NCBI GenBank assembly: GCA_029258835.1
Contig: JAPDJY010000029.1
Location: 1 to 23,624 of the forward strand
Source of the DNA: Thermoproteota archaeon
GTDB taxonomy: Archaea > Asgardarchaeota > Jordiarchaeia > Jordiarchaeales > Freyrarchaeaceae
Length of the DNA: 23,624 nt
Reading direction: 5' to 3'
Below the pieces are notes generated by a model. The model ran no database searches, was not told where the DNA came from, and was given only the letters and a program-made list of their open reading frames with translations. Shown one piece after another: positions 8,209-18,223 of the stretch (within the stretch, counting starts at the first letter, position 1; each line of letters begins with the position of its first letter). The translations under genes were made by a program, and so were the position numbers.

Positions 8209-9291
8209 ATGGATGTAGAGGAACGAATTGAACTCGTTAAAAGTTGTGCTGCAGAGATAGTGACGGAGGACGAGCTGAGGGAGCTGTTTGAGGTTAAGGG
8301 CAGCCTTGTGGCGTATGATGGGTTTGAGCCGTCAGGGCTGGCGCATCTTCCAGTTGCCGTTTACAGGCCTATTATACTTGACAGGCTCATGAGGGCGGGT
8401 ATAAGGTTTAAGATTCTCCTAGCCGACAGTTTCGCCTGGATCAACAATAAGCTTGGAGGGGACCTCGAGAAGATCAGGGATGCTGGGCGATACTTCATGG
8501 AGGTATGGAAGGCGGCGGGGGTGGACTTCAGCAAGGTGAAAGTGGTGTGGCACAAGGAGCACTTTGACGACCCCGAGTATTGGAAGAAAGTTATAGTAAT
8601 AGCTAAGAACGTGACCGTGAACAGGGCTATGAGAGCGCTTACCATTGCAGGGAGGAAGGAGAGCGCTTCGAACCCGGCGGCCTTCCTCTTCTACCCTGTT
8701 ATGCAGTGCGCTGACATATTTCAGCTTGAAGTGGACGTGTGTCAGTTGGGTATTGACCAGAGAAGGGTTAACATGCTTGCCAGGGAGGTTGCACCTGTAC
8801 TGGGGAGGAGGAAGCCCGTTGCCATACATCACCCTCTACTCCTAGGGTTGAAGGGCAACGTAAAAGGGCAGGGATTTGACGAAGATGCAAGGATAGATAT
8901 GATGATAAGTTCTAAGATGAGTAAAAGTGTTCCCGAGTCGGCGATCTTCGTCCACGACTCAGAAGAGGAGATAAGAAGGAAGATACGGAAAGCTTTCTGC
9001 CCTGAGAGAGTCGCTGAAGGGAACCCTGTAATGGACATAATGGAGAAGATAGTTTTCGGAAAGTACGAGGAGGTGACCATTGAGCGAAAGGGGAAGGAGG
9101 CGCTGACGTTCACGTCGTACGCAGAGTTGAGGGAGGCGTATGCAGCGGGGCAAATCCACCCTTTAGATCTTAAAATGGCCACCGCCAGCTACCTGAACGA
9201 AATAATAAAGCCTATAAGGGAGCACTTTGAAAAAGACAGGTACGCTAGGAAGCTGTATGAAAGGATAAAAGAAGTGGAGATTACAAGATAG
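8209..9291 (+). CDS. tyrS: Tyrosine--tRNA ligase (archaeal type)
   Basis: YDGFEPSG, YPVMQCADIF, GIDQR, KMSKS, KAFCP, HPLDLK; ATG 8209 preferred (ORF open from 8170). Confidence 0.97.
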   Translation: MDVEERIELVKSCAAEIVTEDELRELFEVKGSLVAYDGFEPSGLAHLPVAVYRPIILDRLMRAGIRFKILLADSFAWINNKLGGDLEKIRDAGRYFMEVWKAAGVDFSKVKVVWHKEHFDDPEYWKKVIVIAKNVTVNRAMRALTIAGRKESASNPAAFLFYPVMQCADIFQLEVDVCQLGIDQRRVNMLAREVAPVLGRRKPVAIHHPLLLGLKGNVKGQGFDEDARIDMMISSKMSKSVPESAIFVHDSEEEIRRKIRKAFCPERVAEGNPVMDIMEKIVFGKYEEVTIERKGKEALTFTSYAELREAYAAGQIHPLDLKMATASYLNEIIKPIREHFEKDRYARKLYERIKEVEITR

Positions 9292-9450
9292 CAGCCCATT
9301 TCTTAAACAGTACGGAACACCGGAATTGTCAACGTTTTCCTGTGCTCTGAGGTTGCACCTAGAAAAAGGAGGAATTATTTGTTGGGAAGGAGTACGTGTA
9401 TTTGTGGCTGGTTAGGGAGGATAGCGAAACGGTTGATGTGAGAGTGCGGG

Positions 9451-9969
9451 GTGGTTAACGTGAAGGTTGACGTGGTTGAGGCTTACCGTCTGCTGTACCC
9501 GAGACCTGTCGTTTTGGTTAGCTGCATGGACCCGCAGGGAAAACGTAATATTATCACGCTGTCCTGGTCTATGCCTACGAGTTTTAACCCTCCAATGGTA
9601 GCGGTGAGTATAGGCCTCCAGAGGGAGTCTTGCAGGATGATAAAGGAGGCTGGAGAGTTCGTAGTTAACGTTCCCCCATCAAAACTTGTTAGGGAGGTGC
9701 TCCTCTGTGGAACCATCTCGGGAAGGAACTTCGACAAGTTCTCGGAGGCAGGGTTAACCCCGGCTCCCGCTAGAAGAGTTAGGGCCCCCATAATAGAGGA
9801 GTGCATCGCGCACCTCGAGTGTAAAGTGGTGGATGTCGTCAGAACAGGAGATCATGCCTTGTTTGTGGGTGAAGTTCTAGAGGCTTACGCTGAAGAGAAC
9901 TTTTCTAAGAGGAGAAGCGAGGTGCTACTTCACTTGGGGGGAGAAGAGTTTACGACCCCCGTAAAGTGA
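9451..9969 (+). CDS. Flavin reductase family protein (DIM6/NTAB)
   Basis: YRLLYPRPVVLVS, GEFVVN, CGTISGR..DKF, APIIEEC.AHLEC, GDHALFVGEV. Confidence 0.92.
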   Translation: MVNVKVDVVEAYRLLYPRPVVLVSCMDPQGKRNIITLSWSMPTSFNPPMVAVSIGLQRESCRMIKEAGEFVVNVPPSKLVREVLLCGTISGRNFDKFSEAGLTPAPARRVRAPIIEECIAHLECKVVDVVRTGDHALFVGEVLEAYAEENFSKRRSEVLLHLGGEEFTTPVK

Positions 9970-10412
9970 TTGGGAGGATGACGGTGAAAGTTTACTTTGC
10001 TGCGCCAATGCGCGGGGCGAGAACGGGATCCCATATTTACAGGTTGATATGCAGGTTTTTAGAGGAGCAAGGATGTACTATTATTACGCCGCACGTCCTC
10101 GAAGACGACTTTGAAAAAGTTGAGGGGTTCATGGACGATGAGGAAATATTTAAAAGGGACGCGAGTCTCCTTGATGAGTGCGATGTTTTGGTGGCTGAGG
10201 TCTCTTCACCGTCTACAGGGGTTGGAGTTGAGATCGGTTTAGCGCGGTGCAAGGGGAAGCCTGTTCTCTGTCTATATCGGAAGGAGGAGAAGAGTAGGGT
10301 TTCAGCACTCATACTGGGAGACCCGGACATAATGAAAGTCGAGTACACGTTAGACAACTTTTATGAGGAACTGCGGGGGGCAATTGAAAGGTTAAAAACT
10401 AGGAAAAAATAA
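9966..10412 (+). CDS. Nucleoside 2-deoxyribosyltransferase / RCL(DNPH1)-like deoxynucleotide N-hydrolase
   Basis: KVYFAAPMRG, IFKRD...DECDVLVAEVSSPSTGVGVEIG, VSALILG; GTGA overlap with the upstream gene. Confidence 0.85.
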   Translation: MIGRMTVKVYFAAPMRGARTGSHIYRLICRFLEEQGCTIITPHVLEDDFEKVEGFMDDEEIFKRDASLLDECDVLVAEVSSPSTGVGVEIGLARCKGKPVLCLYRKEEKSRVSALILGDPDIMKVEYTLDNFYEELRGAIERLKTRKK

Positions 10413-10484
10413 GTATGGTTAAAAGGAATTCACCATAAGACCTCGGGTGGAAAAGGAAGGCGTAGTGTTAATGAGGTGCGCTTA

Positions 10485-11744
10485 ATGAGCGATGAGGAAG
10501 CAAAGAAGAGGACGTCGTTTGAAAAGTACAGGTTGCGTAGGCTGATAGAGGTGCTTGAAAGCAAGAAGGGGGCGCATACGGAGCTAATTTCACTATACAT
10601 TCCCCCAGGGAAGGTGATCAGCGATGTAACCAATTACCTCAAACAGGAGTATGGAACGGCTGCGAATATAAAGTCTAAGGCTACCCGTAAAAACGTTATG
10701 GAGGCCATCAGGAGCATAATCTCCAAGCTTAAGTATTTTCAGCGTGCCCCATCAACGGGCCTAGTAATCTTTAGCGGTGCCGTGCCTACGAGTGGGCAGG
10801 GAACTGAAAAGCTCGAGTTTTGGATGGTGACCCCGCCAGAGCCAATAAACATTTACAAGTATCATTGCGACAGCAAGTTTTACTTGGAGCCTTTAAAGGA
10901 TCTTTTGGAGGAAAAGGATACTTACGGCGTCATAGTGTTGGACAGGTCTGAGGCACACATCGCAACAATTAAGGGAACCCACTTGGAGATCCATAAGAAG
11001 TTGACCTCCGGTATTCCCGGCAAGCACTCGGCTGGAGGCCAGTCTCAGCGAAGGTTTGAGAGGCTCATAGAGCAGGCGGGACACGAGTTCTTTAAGAGGG
11101 TTGGGGAGCACGCCAACGAGGTCTTCCTGTCGATACCAGACCTTAAAGGCATCGTCATAGGGGGGCCGGGCCCCTCCAAGGAGAAGTTCGTTGATGGAGA
11201 TTACCTAGATTACAGGCTTAAACAGAAGATCATTGGCGTGGTTGATATAGGGTATACTGGGGAGCCTGGAATAGAGGAGCTGGTGGGTAAGGCGGAATCC
11301 CTCTTCGAGGATTTAAGGTATACTGAAGAGAAGAGGCTCGTCCAGAAGTTCTTGGAGATGCTCGTCAAGAACGACGAGAAGGTTGCCTACGGGGAAAGGG
11401 AGGTTCGAGAGGCCCTTCTGCAGGGCAGGGTGGATACGCTACTCTTATCCGAGGGACTGGATATTCTACGGGTAACCATCCGATGTCCTAACTGCGGATA
11501 TAGCGAGGAGAAAACGGTGATGAAGGAGCAGTTGCAGAAGCTTCAGGAGGAAGTCGCACAGAGGGCATGTCCTGTTTGCAACAGTTCACTTTTAACGGTG
11601 GAGGAGGTGCGTGACGTGATCGAGGAGCTCGGAGAGTTAGGGGAGCAAACCGGCGCCAGGGTGGAGGTCATATCCACGGAGACCGAGGAAGGACAACAGT
11701 TGAAGCAGGCCTTTAAGGGTGTAGCTGCGATATTAAGGTACTAG
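10485..11744 (+). CDS. prf1: Peptide chain release factor aRF1
   Basis: TELISLYIPP, NIKS, YHCDSKF, GGQSQRRF, GVAAILRY; CPNC...CPVC zinc ribbon; SD GAGGTG before ATG 10485. Confidence 0.98.
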   Translation: MSDEEAKKRTSFEKYRLRRLIEVLESKKGAHTELISLYIPPGKVISDVTNYLKQEYGTAANIKSKATRKNVMEAIRSIISKLKYFQRAPSTGLVIFSGAVPTSGQGTEKLEFWMVTPPEPINIYKYHCDSKFYLEPLKDLLEEKDTYGVIVLDRSEAHIATIKGTHLEIHKKLTSGIPGKHSAGGQSQRRFERLIEQAGHEFFKRVGEHANEVFLSIPDLKGIVIGGPGPSKEKFVDGDYLDYRLKQKIIGVVDIGYTGEPGIEELVGKAESLFEDLRYTEEKRLVQKFLEMLVKNDEKVAYGEREVREALLQGRVDTLLLSEGLDILRVTIRCPNCGYSEEKTVMKEQLQKLQEEVAQRACPVCNSSLLTVEEVRDVIEELGELGEQTGARVEVISTETEEGQQLKQAFKGVAAILRY

Positions 11745-14206
11745 GCTAATGCTACGAATATCCTTTTTCCTCCTGCCTGCAGCTCCCTTAACCCTTTCAT
11801 CTCGGGCTTCTCAGAGAATTCTAGTTCCTCGATGTTATGCATTTCCCTCAGGTCATGTGCGAAGGGCTCCAGTTCCTTGGGTAGAACCGCCACTTTTAGG
11901 GGGGACTTGAGGGATCTCCCCGCTTCCTTCTTCACCTTCCAAATAGCCGAGTTAACCTCCAAGATCAGGGGAGTGTAGTTTTCTTTAAGGATCATTGATG
12001 GGTCGGGTTCCGGGAAAGGCTGTATGTGGATGCTTTCGTCACCGTAGAGCTTACGCCATAATGCATCTGTTATGAATGGCGTTACCGGGGCGAGAAGCTT
12101 CAGTAGGGTTTTCAGGCATGTGTGAAGGGTGAAGTGGGCTGCCGTCTCCTCCTCCCTAGTAAATGTTCCCTCCCTATTATACGCCCGTGCCTTAACCATT
12201 TCAATGTAATGGCTTGCGAAGATGTTCCAGGTGAAGTTGTATAGTGCGACCGTTCCCGGGTGGAAGTCAAAGGAGGAGTAGCTTTCATCAACCTTCTGGA
12301 TGAGCTTATTAAGCTCCGAGAGTATCCACCTATCCGTCTCCGTTAAGTTCACCTTCTCCGAGGGCTCAGGGAAGTTTGAGATGAAGCGGGCGATGTTCCA
12401 TAGCTTCTGGAGGAAGCGGGCGACGCCTGTAACCTTAGACTCGTCGAACCGTACGTCGTCTCCGAGGGATGCCACCATGCTAGCGTAGAGTCTAACGGCG
12501 TCTGCACCATACTTCTCAACTACTGGTTCGGGGTATACGACGTTTCCAAGGCTTTTAGACATCTTACGTCCATCTTTATCGACGACGTGTCCGCTTATCC
12601 ACACGTGCTTAAATGCCGGCTTACCGAGTAACTGGAGGATTCTGAGCATGGTATAGTTCAGCCATGTGCCGATAATGTCCTTTCCTTGAGGTCGGAGGTC
12701 GCAAAGGTATGGGCGAGATGAGACCTTCTTATAGAAAGACTCGTTCTTCTCTTTAACGTTCCCCGGATAGAGAGAGATGAAGAGCGGAGAAATGGACGAG
12801 TCAACCCATGTGTCAAACGTGCGCTCCTCCCCTATAAAGCCCTCATTTGCACCACACTTCTCACACTTATCAAAAGGAGGATCATCCTTCCAAGGCTGAT
12901 AATACTTGCCTGGCTCGGGGAGGTTTGGGGCCCCGCACTTCTTACAATACCAGATAGGTATTTCGGTTCCGTAGTACCTCCTCCTAGATATCGGCCAGTC
13001 CATGGTAAGCGAGTTGACCCAGTTAAGCCAGAGGTACTTGGCCGAGGGGGGATGCCATTCAACCTGCTCCGCCATTTCTCTGAGCTGAGGGACAAAATCT
13101 AACAGTTTAAGGTAGTACTCTTTCATCCCGACGTATTCGATAGGTGTCTTACTCCTCCAGCATATAGGCTGGCTATGGACTATCCGCTCGGATTTAACCA
13201 GGAGGCCTTGCTCCTTTAGGTCTTTTATTATGGCGGCCCTTGCTTCTGCAACCTTCATGCCAGCGTACTTTCCAGCAGCATCGGTCATAAGGCCATCCTT
13301 GTCTATGGCGAATATGGGGGTTAGTGAAAGCTCCTTGAAAAGCCTTAAGTCGACGACGTCGCCGTAAGAGCAAACCATCACCGCACCGGTACCGTACTCA
13401 GGCTTAGCTGCTGGATGAGGAATGATGGGGACTTCTTTACCGTAAATGGGGGTTACAGCGGTCGATCCGTGAAGGTGCACGTACCTTTCATCCTTAGGGT
13501 TAACTATTACGGCTCCACAAGCGCATATGAGTTCAGGTCTTGTTGTAGCTATGATGAGGTCCTCACCGGTCTCTTTAACCTTAAACTTAACATACACTAG
13601 ATCTGTTTCCTCCTCCCGCCTCTCGATCTCGGCCTCGGCGATGGCTGTCTGGCAGTCACTACACCAGCTCACAGGCCGGTCATCCTCGTAAACGTATCCC
13701 TTCCTCCAAAGCTCTATGAACGTAGCCTGGGTTAAAGCCCTATACTCTTCCTGGTCTGTCTTGTATATTTCGTCCCACTCGAAGGAGTTATTGGAAAACC
13801 CCATAATCCTGCAGATGTTCAATATGTTTTCGCCGACTTGGTCAAGGTGCTCTTTACACTTCTTGAGAAACTCTTCTCTCGGCGTCTCGACCATGCGTAT
13901 TCCAAACTCCTTTTCAACGCTGACCTCGACCGGCAAGCCATTCCTGTCTAAGCCGAATTTGTAGAGAACCTCGAAGCCCTTCATACGCATAAAGCGCGCA
14001 ATGAAGTCAATTGAGGCGTAGTGAAGCGCGCCTCCCACATGCCATCTTCCCGAGACGTAGGGTGGAGGGTTGTCTATTGTGAATATGGGTTTTCCGCTGT
14101 TTTCGTTGAAACGGTATATACCCTCTTTCTGCCATGTTTCCCATATTTCAGATTCCTTAGCGACGTCCCACCGTGGCTCTTTAATCCTAGCTGTTTTACC
14201 TGGCAT
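11741..14206 (-). CDS. valS: Valine--tRNA ligase (archaeal type)
   Basis: IDNPPPYVSG.WHVG, IATTRPE, GTGAVM, ISRRRYYG, QGKDII, KMSKSLGN; stop shares CTAG with prf1. Confidence 0.96.
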   Translation of the reverse strand: MPGKTARIKEPRWDVAKESEIWETWQKEGIYRFNENSGKPIFTIDNPPPYVSGRWHVGGALHYASIDFIARFMRMKGFEVLYKFGLDRNGLPVEVSVEKEFGIRMVETPREEFLKKCKEHLDQVGENILNICRIMGFSNNSFEWDEIYKTDQEEYRALTQATFIELWRKGYVYEDDRPVSWCSDCQTAIAEAEIERREEETDLVYVKFKVKETGEDLIIATTRPELICACGAVIVNPKDERYVHLHGSTAVTPIYGKEVPIIPHPAAKPEYGTGAVMVCSYGDVVDLRLFKELSLTPIFAIDKDGLMTDAAGKYAGMKVAEARAAIIKDLKEQGLLVKSERIVHSQPICWRSKTPIEYVGMKEYYLKLLDFVPQLREMAEQVEWHPPSAKYLWLNWVNSLTMDWPISRRRYYGTEIPIWYCKKCGAPNLPEPGKYYQPWKDDPPFDKCEKCGANEGFIGEERTFDTWVDSSISPLFISLYPGNVKEKNESFYKKVSSRPYLCDLRPQGKDIIGTWLNYTMLRILQLLGKPAFKHVWISGHVVDKDGRKMSKSLGNVVYPEPVVEKYGADAVRLYASMVASLGDDVRFDESKVTGVARFLQKLWNIARFISNFPEPSEKVNLTETDRWILSELNKLIQKVDESYSSFDFHPGTVALYNFTWNIFASHYIEMVKARAYNREGTFTREEETAAHFTLHTCLKTLLKLLAPVTPFITDALWRKLYGDESIHIQPFPEPDPSMILKENYTPLILEVNSAIWKVKKEAGRSLKSPLKVAVLPKELEPFAHDLREMHNIEELEFSEKPEMKGLRELQAGGKRIFVALA

Positions 14207-14390
14207 TTTAGATCCTCCGTTGACGCCTTCGGAGAAGCTTACAGAAAAGGAGGAGGTGAGGTTAATTTAAAGTTTTCTTGGAGGATGAAAAACATGGTGT
14301 TAGATGGGTTAGGTGGGATGGTGGCCGGTGGGCATATGGCTCAGATGAATGTTTAAATTAAGCGGCTAATTGGCTGTTGGGCGTGTTGCT

Positions 14391-15164
14391 CTACTTTTCC
14401 GTTAGCTCTTTTACTGCTTGAACCAGCTTTGGGAGTATTTCTTCAGCTTTCCCGTGGATGACTACGTCAGCTGCACCGTCGTATGCTGTTTTCTCCGTGT
14501 TTATTATGGCCAGCTTCCCCCCGCTTCTCTTTGCTATGTCCGCCATGAAAGCGATGGGGTATACTACGAGGCTGGACCCTACAACGATGAGGAGGTCGCA
14601 TTCCTTTGCTAGCCTAAAGGCTTCTGAGAGGGCTTCTTCAGGAAGGGGCTCGCCGAACATTACGGTGTTTGGCTTTAGCACGCCTCCGCATTTGCACGTT
14701 GGTGTGCGTTTTTCCCCGAAAAGTTCTTTCAGCACGTAGTCGACGCTATAACGTGTACCGCACTTCACGCAAACAGCGCTTCTCACGTCACCGTGAACCT
14801 CTATCACGTTTTTGCTTCCGGCTCTTTGGTGGAGTGCATCTATGTTTTGGGTTACCGTTGCTTTGAGTGCTCCCATTCTTTCAAGCTCAGCTAGGGCTAT
14901 ATGGGCGGGGTTTGGCTCCGCCTTGAAAAGGACGTCGGCTAGCTCTATGGCCGTCTTCCACCATCCCTCAGGGTCTGAGAGAAATCCTTGTATGGAGCCA
15001 AACTTGTAGGGGTCGAGCCTTTTCCACAGTCCACTCGGCCCCCTGAAGTCAGGAATGCCGGATGCCGTCGATATCCCAGCTCCTGTTAATGCTACGACAA
15101 GCCTAGAGTTTTTGATGAGTCTGGCTAGATCCCAGATTTTACTGTTAACCTCCTCTGATTCCGT
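14391..15164 (-). CDS. cobB: NAD-dependent protein deacylase (sirtuin, Sir2/CobB) with a non-canonical or mutated start codon
   Basis: Frame is open upstream of ATG 14876 and encodes LTGAGISTASGIPDFRG; downstream QNIDALH, EVHG, CxxC..CxC, FGE, GSSLVVYP. Start inferred at ACG 15164 after SD GGAGGGG. Confidence 0.9.
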   Translation of the reverse strand, partial: TESEEVNSKIWDLARLIKNSRLVVALTGAGISTASGIPDFRGPSGLWKRLDPYKFGSIQGFLSDPEGWWKTAIELADVLFKAEPNPAHIALAELERMGALKATVTQNIDALHQRAGSKNVIEVHGDVRSAVCVKCGTRYSVDYVLKELFGEKRTPTCKCGGVLKPNTVMFGEPLPEEALSEAFRLAKECDLLIVVGSSLVVYPIAFMADIAKRSGGKLAIINTEKTAYDGAADVVIHGKAEEILPKLVQAVKELTEK

Positions 15165-15311
15165 TTGAATCCCCTCCTCTGTAGGTTGAGGAATGGTTAA
15201 GGGTTTAATCGTTAATATGCTTAATGATGCTAGAAACGCTTTAATGTTCCCGAAACGTTTTTTTGAGAGAGGGAGTCCTCTTTCCTCTCGGGTTTTCTAG
15301 GAGGCTTCTGT

Positions 15312-16364
15312 ATGGTGAGAAACTGGGCTGTTAGGGCTCCGCTGCTCTACGCTTCGATATGGCGGTGTAGAGGGTTTGCGCCCCCTAAAGAGGTTGACCT
15401 TAAACCTACGCTTCGGTGCAACCTTAGGTGTAAGATGTGCTTCCAGAGGAGGCTTTCCGATGAGGATAGGAAACGAGCTTTAATGGAGGAGCTTCCGACG
15501 GGGCGTTACTTAACCTTGCTGAGGGAGCTGGCTGAGTTCGGGACTAAAAGGATCCATGTGGTAGGTGGCGGTGAGCCGCTGATGAGAGACGACATCCTCG
15601 AGATAATGCATGCCGTGAAGGAGCTTAGGATGGAAGGCGTCTTAACAACTAATGGCACTCTCCTAGACGAGAGAATAGCTCGATTTATGGTGGATGTCGG
15701 ATGGGATGTTGCAATGTTCTCCGTCGACGCACCTACACCGGACGCTTACGGGGAGATTAGGGGTTCCCCCCGCTTCTTTGAGAAGGTTGTTTCCGCTATG
15801 AGGATGCTGACTGAGCTGAAGAGAGGGGAAAGGCGGGTTAAGCCGTTACTCCAGATCCACTGCGTGGTCACCAACCTTAACAACACCTTACTAGAGGACA
15901 TGGTGGAGTTGGCATATAGGGTAGGCGCTCAAATACTCACCTTCGACAAGTACTACCCTGAAGACCCCTCCCTGATAATAGACGATAGAGATATTCCGGA
16001 GACCTTAGAGCACCTAAAGCGGGCTGCGTTAAAAGCCGAGAGGTACGGGATACTGGTTAACGTAGAGGAGTTCCTTTCAATGTATAAAAAGCCGCCTAGC
16101 GGCGTTATATGCTATAGACCGTGGCTGTCAGCAGACATCAATCATAACGGCGACGTAGTCCCCTGCTGTTACAGTGAGGAAGTCATGGGAAATATTAAGG
16201 AGAAGAGCTTCCGGGAGGTGTGGGACGGGGAAAAGTACAATGAGCTAAGGAAAATGTTTAAGGAAGGGAGATTTCCAGACTTCTGTAAGGACTGCTACTT
16301 CTACCCTGGGTTCCTGAATGACGTACCATTCGGGAAGCAGCTTCACGCCCTTAAACTCATCTAA
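15312..16364 (+). CDS. Radical SAM protein with SPASM/twitch domain
   Basis: CNLRCKMC, GGGEP, TNG; C-terminal CYRPW...GDVVPCC...GNI...CKDC. Confidence 0.92.
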   Translation: MVRNWAVRAPLLYASIWRCRGFAPPKEVDLKPTLRCNLRCKMCFQRRLSDEDRKRALMEELPTGRYLTLLRELAEFGTKRIHVVGGGEPLMRDDILEIMHAVKELRMEGVLTTNGTLLDERIARFMVDVGWDVAMFSVDAPTPDAYGEIRGSPRFFEKVVSAMRMLTELKRGERRVKPLLQIHCVVTNLNNTLLEDMVELAYRVGAQILTFDKYYPEDPSLIIDDRDIPETLEHLKRAALKAERYGILVNVEEFLSMYKKPPSGVICYRPWLSADINHNGDVVPCCYSEEVMGNIKEKSFREVWDGEKYNELRKMFKEGRFPDFCKDCYFYPGFLNDVPFGKQLHALKLI

Positions 16365-17076
16365 AGAACATGTCTAGGCGGGTTTCCCCCTTCAATGGAA
16401 GGTCTATTATTGTTATTTTCTTCGTGGCCGGTAATGCCACGTTAAAAACCGGGACATCGCCGACTTCGCAGAAGGCTTTCCCCCTGTGAGCATGTCCATG
16501 AACGACGAAGTCAAGATCGCTCTTCTTTATGATGGGTTCAAACTTCTTCGATCCGAGTTCGGGGTAAGCTGACGGCTTCTCACCCTCCAAATTGCAGTAT
16601 GATGGAGCGTAATGGATCATCAGGCACTTGTACGTTGTCTTTAACCTTGACACGAGGTCGGCTACCTTCTTCACCCTTTCAGCGTATATTTTCCTTATGT
16701 TAGGGATGTTCCTAGCTTGCCACCATGTTGGCCTGTCAAGCGACCCCTTAGAACCTACTATTCCGAGGGTGACATCTCCGACTTGAAGGACGTATATTTC
16801 CTCTTCGAGGAACGTAGCCCGTCCCTCACACAGCCTTCTTATTTCATCGTGGAGATCTTCGTACTCCTCGTTTCCAAAACATGCGACGATGGGGCAATTA
16901 GTATTCCTCTCTACGATGTCTAAGACCTTCGGGAGCTCTTCTATTTTCCCCTTCAGTACGACGTCACCCACCAACAGGAAGACGTCGACGCGGGGAAGCC
17001 CGCTCATTGCTTTGATGAAAAGGTCAAGGTAGCGTGGAGAATGAATGTCGCCAACTGCAGCCACCCTTAAGCTCAA
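16357..17076 (-). CDS. Calcineurin-like metallophosphoesterase
   Basis: GDIH, GDVV, GNEE, HYAP, HGHAH motifs. Confidence 0.92.
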   Translation of the reverse strand: MSLRVAAVGDIHSPRYLDLFIKAMSGLPRVDVFLLVGDVVLKGKIEELPKVLDIVERNTNCPIVACFGNEEYEDLHDEIRRLCEGRATFLEEEIYVLQVGDVTLGIVGSKGSLDRPTWWQARNIPNIRKIYAERVKKVADLVSRLKTTYKCLMIHYAPSYCNLEGEKPSAYPELGSKKFEPIIKKSDLDFVVHGHAHRGKAFCEVGDVPVFNVALPATKKITIIDLPLKGETRLDMFFR

Positions 17077-17146
17077 CGGTATCCCCCTTTAAAGGAGATG
17101 TCTAAATTTCTCTTTAACTTTTTATTACTCATTTCCTTAAAGATTC

Positions 17147-18223
17147 TTGGTGGACTGTTTGAAAGCGAGAGAACGCTTCCTGACAGCTTTAGACCATGGG
17201 GTTCCGGACATGATCCCCATTTATGACATGGGGATGGACGCTGAGGTAGTAACCAAGATAATGGGAGTAGACTCCTATAGCTTAGAGCTTGAAGTGGAGT
17301 GCTACAGGAAGCTTGGCTTAGACGCCGTGACAGCTTGGCCTGAAACCTTCCCGGTAGAGTACTTTAAAGATGATAAGGGAAGGCGGGGGTACATAGATGA
17401 ATGGGGGAGGAGGCGTGTTTTCACCGAGGACGGAACGAAGTGGTATGCTGGAGGCGTCATCCTCACAGAGGAGGACTTTGAGTCCTGGAGATGGCCTGAC
17501 CCAAACGTTCCTGAACGCTACATCAACGTTAAACGTGTCATCGAGATGAGAGGGGACCTTGCGGTCGTCGGCTTCGTCGGGGGGCCTTTCGAGAGGGCGG
17601 CTCTGGGAAGGACGCATGAACGTTTTCTCGCAGACCTACACCTTAATCCTTCATTTGCCGTTAGGCATATGGAGAAGGTTTCCGCGTACTGGGTTGAAGT
17701 TGGGAAAATAGAGATCGAGATGGGGGTTGACGCTCTAATATTGGCTGACGATTACGCCTACAAGTCCGGCCCATTCTTCTCTCCAAGCACGTTTAAAAAA
17801 CTCATCCTTCCCATTCTGAAAAGAGAAGTTTCCGCCTTCAAAAAGAGGGGAGTTAAAGTCATCCACCATTCGGACGGGTACATAACCCCTCTTTTACCGC
17901 TTCTCTTGGAGGCGGGAGTGGATGGGGTTCACTCCTTGGAGCCGGCGGCTGGAGTGGACATAGGCTGGGTGAAGGAAAAATATGGGGACAGGCTGGTTCT
18001 CGTAGGAAACATAGATTGTGACGTGTTGCTCCCCCTTGGAACCCCTAGGGAGGTAGCGGAGGCAGTATCGGAGACCATAAAAAAAGCAGGGGAAGGGGGA
18101 GGGTACATTCTTTCATCCAGCAACAGCTTACACAAAGCTTGTAAGGTGGAGAACATCCTAGCTATGGTCAGCGAGGCAAGGCGTTTCAGATATGTTAACT
18201 CGAAGCCGGTGAGGGCGGCTTAA
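17147..18223 (+). CDS. Uroporphyrinogen decarboxylase / MtaA-CmuA methyltransferase family protein
   Basis: DEWG, GPFE, ADDYA...FSP, HSDG, EP.AGVD, GNID, GGGYILSSSN. Confidence 0.88.
   Translation: MVDCLKARERFLTALDHGVPDMIPIYDMGMDAEVVTKIMGVDSYSLELEVECYRKLGLDAVTAWPETFPVEYFKDDKGRRGYIDEWGRRRVFTEDGTKWYAGGVILTEEDFESWRWPDPNVPERYINVKRVIEMRGDLAVVGFVGGPFERAALGRTHERFLADLHLNPSFAVRHMEKVSAYWVEVGKIEIEMGVDALILADDYAYKSGPFFSPSTFKKLILPILKREVSAFKKRGVKVIHHSDGYITPLLPLLLEAGVDGVHSLEPAAGVDIGWVKEKYGDRLVLVGNIDCDVLLPLGTPREVAEAVSETIKKAGEGGGYILSSSNSLHKACKVENILAMVSEARRFRYVNSKPVRAA

Noticed and set aside
14877-15170. Sirtuin as a frameshifted pseudogene
   Set aside because: Manual translation shows one continuous frame; only the start codon is non-standard.
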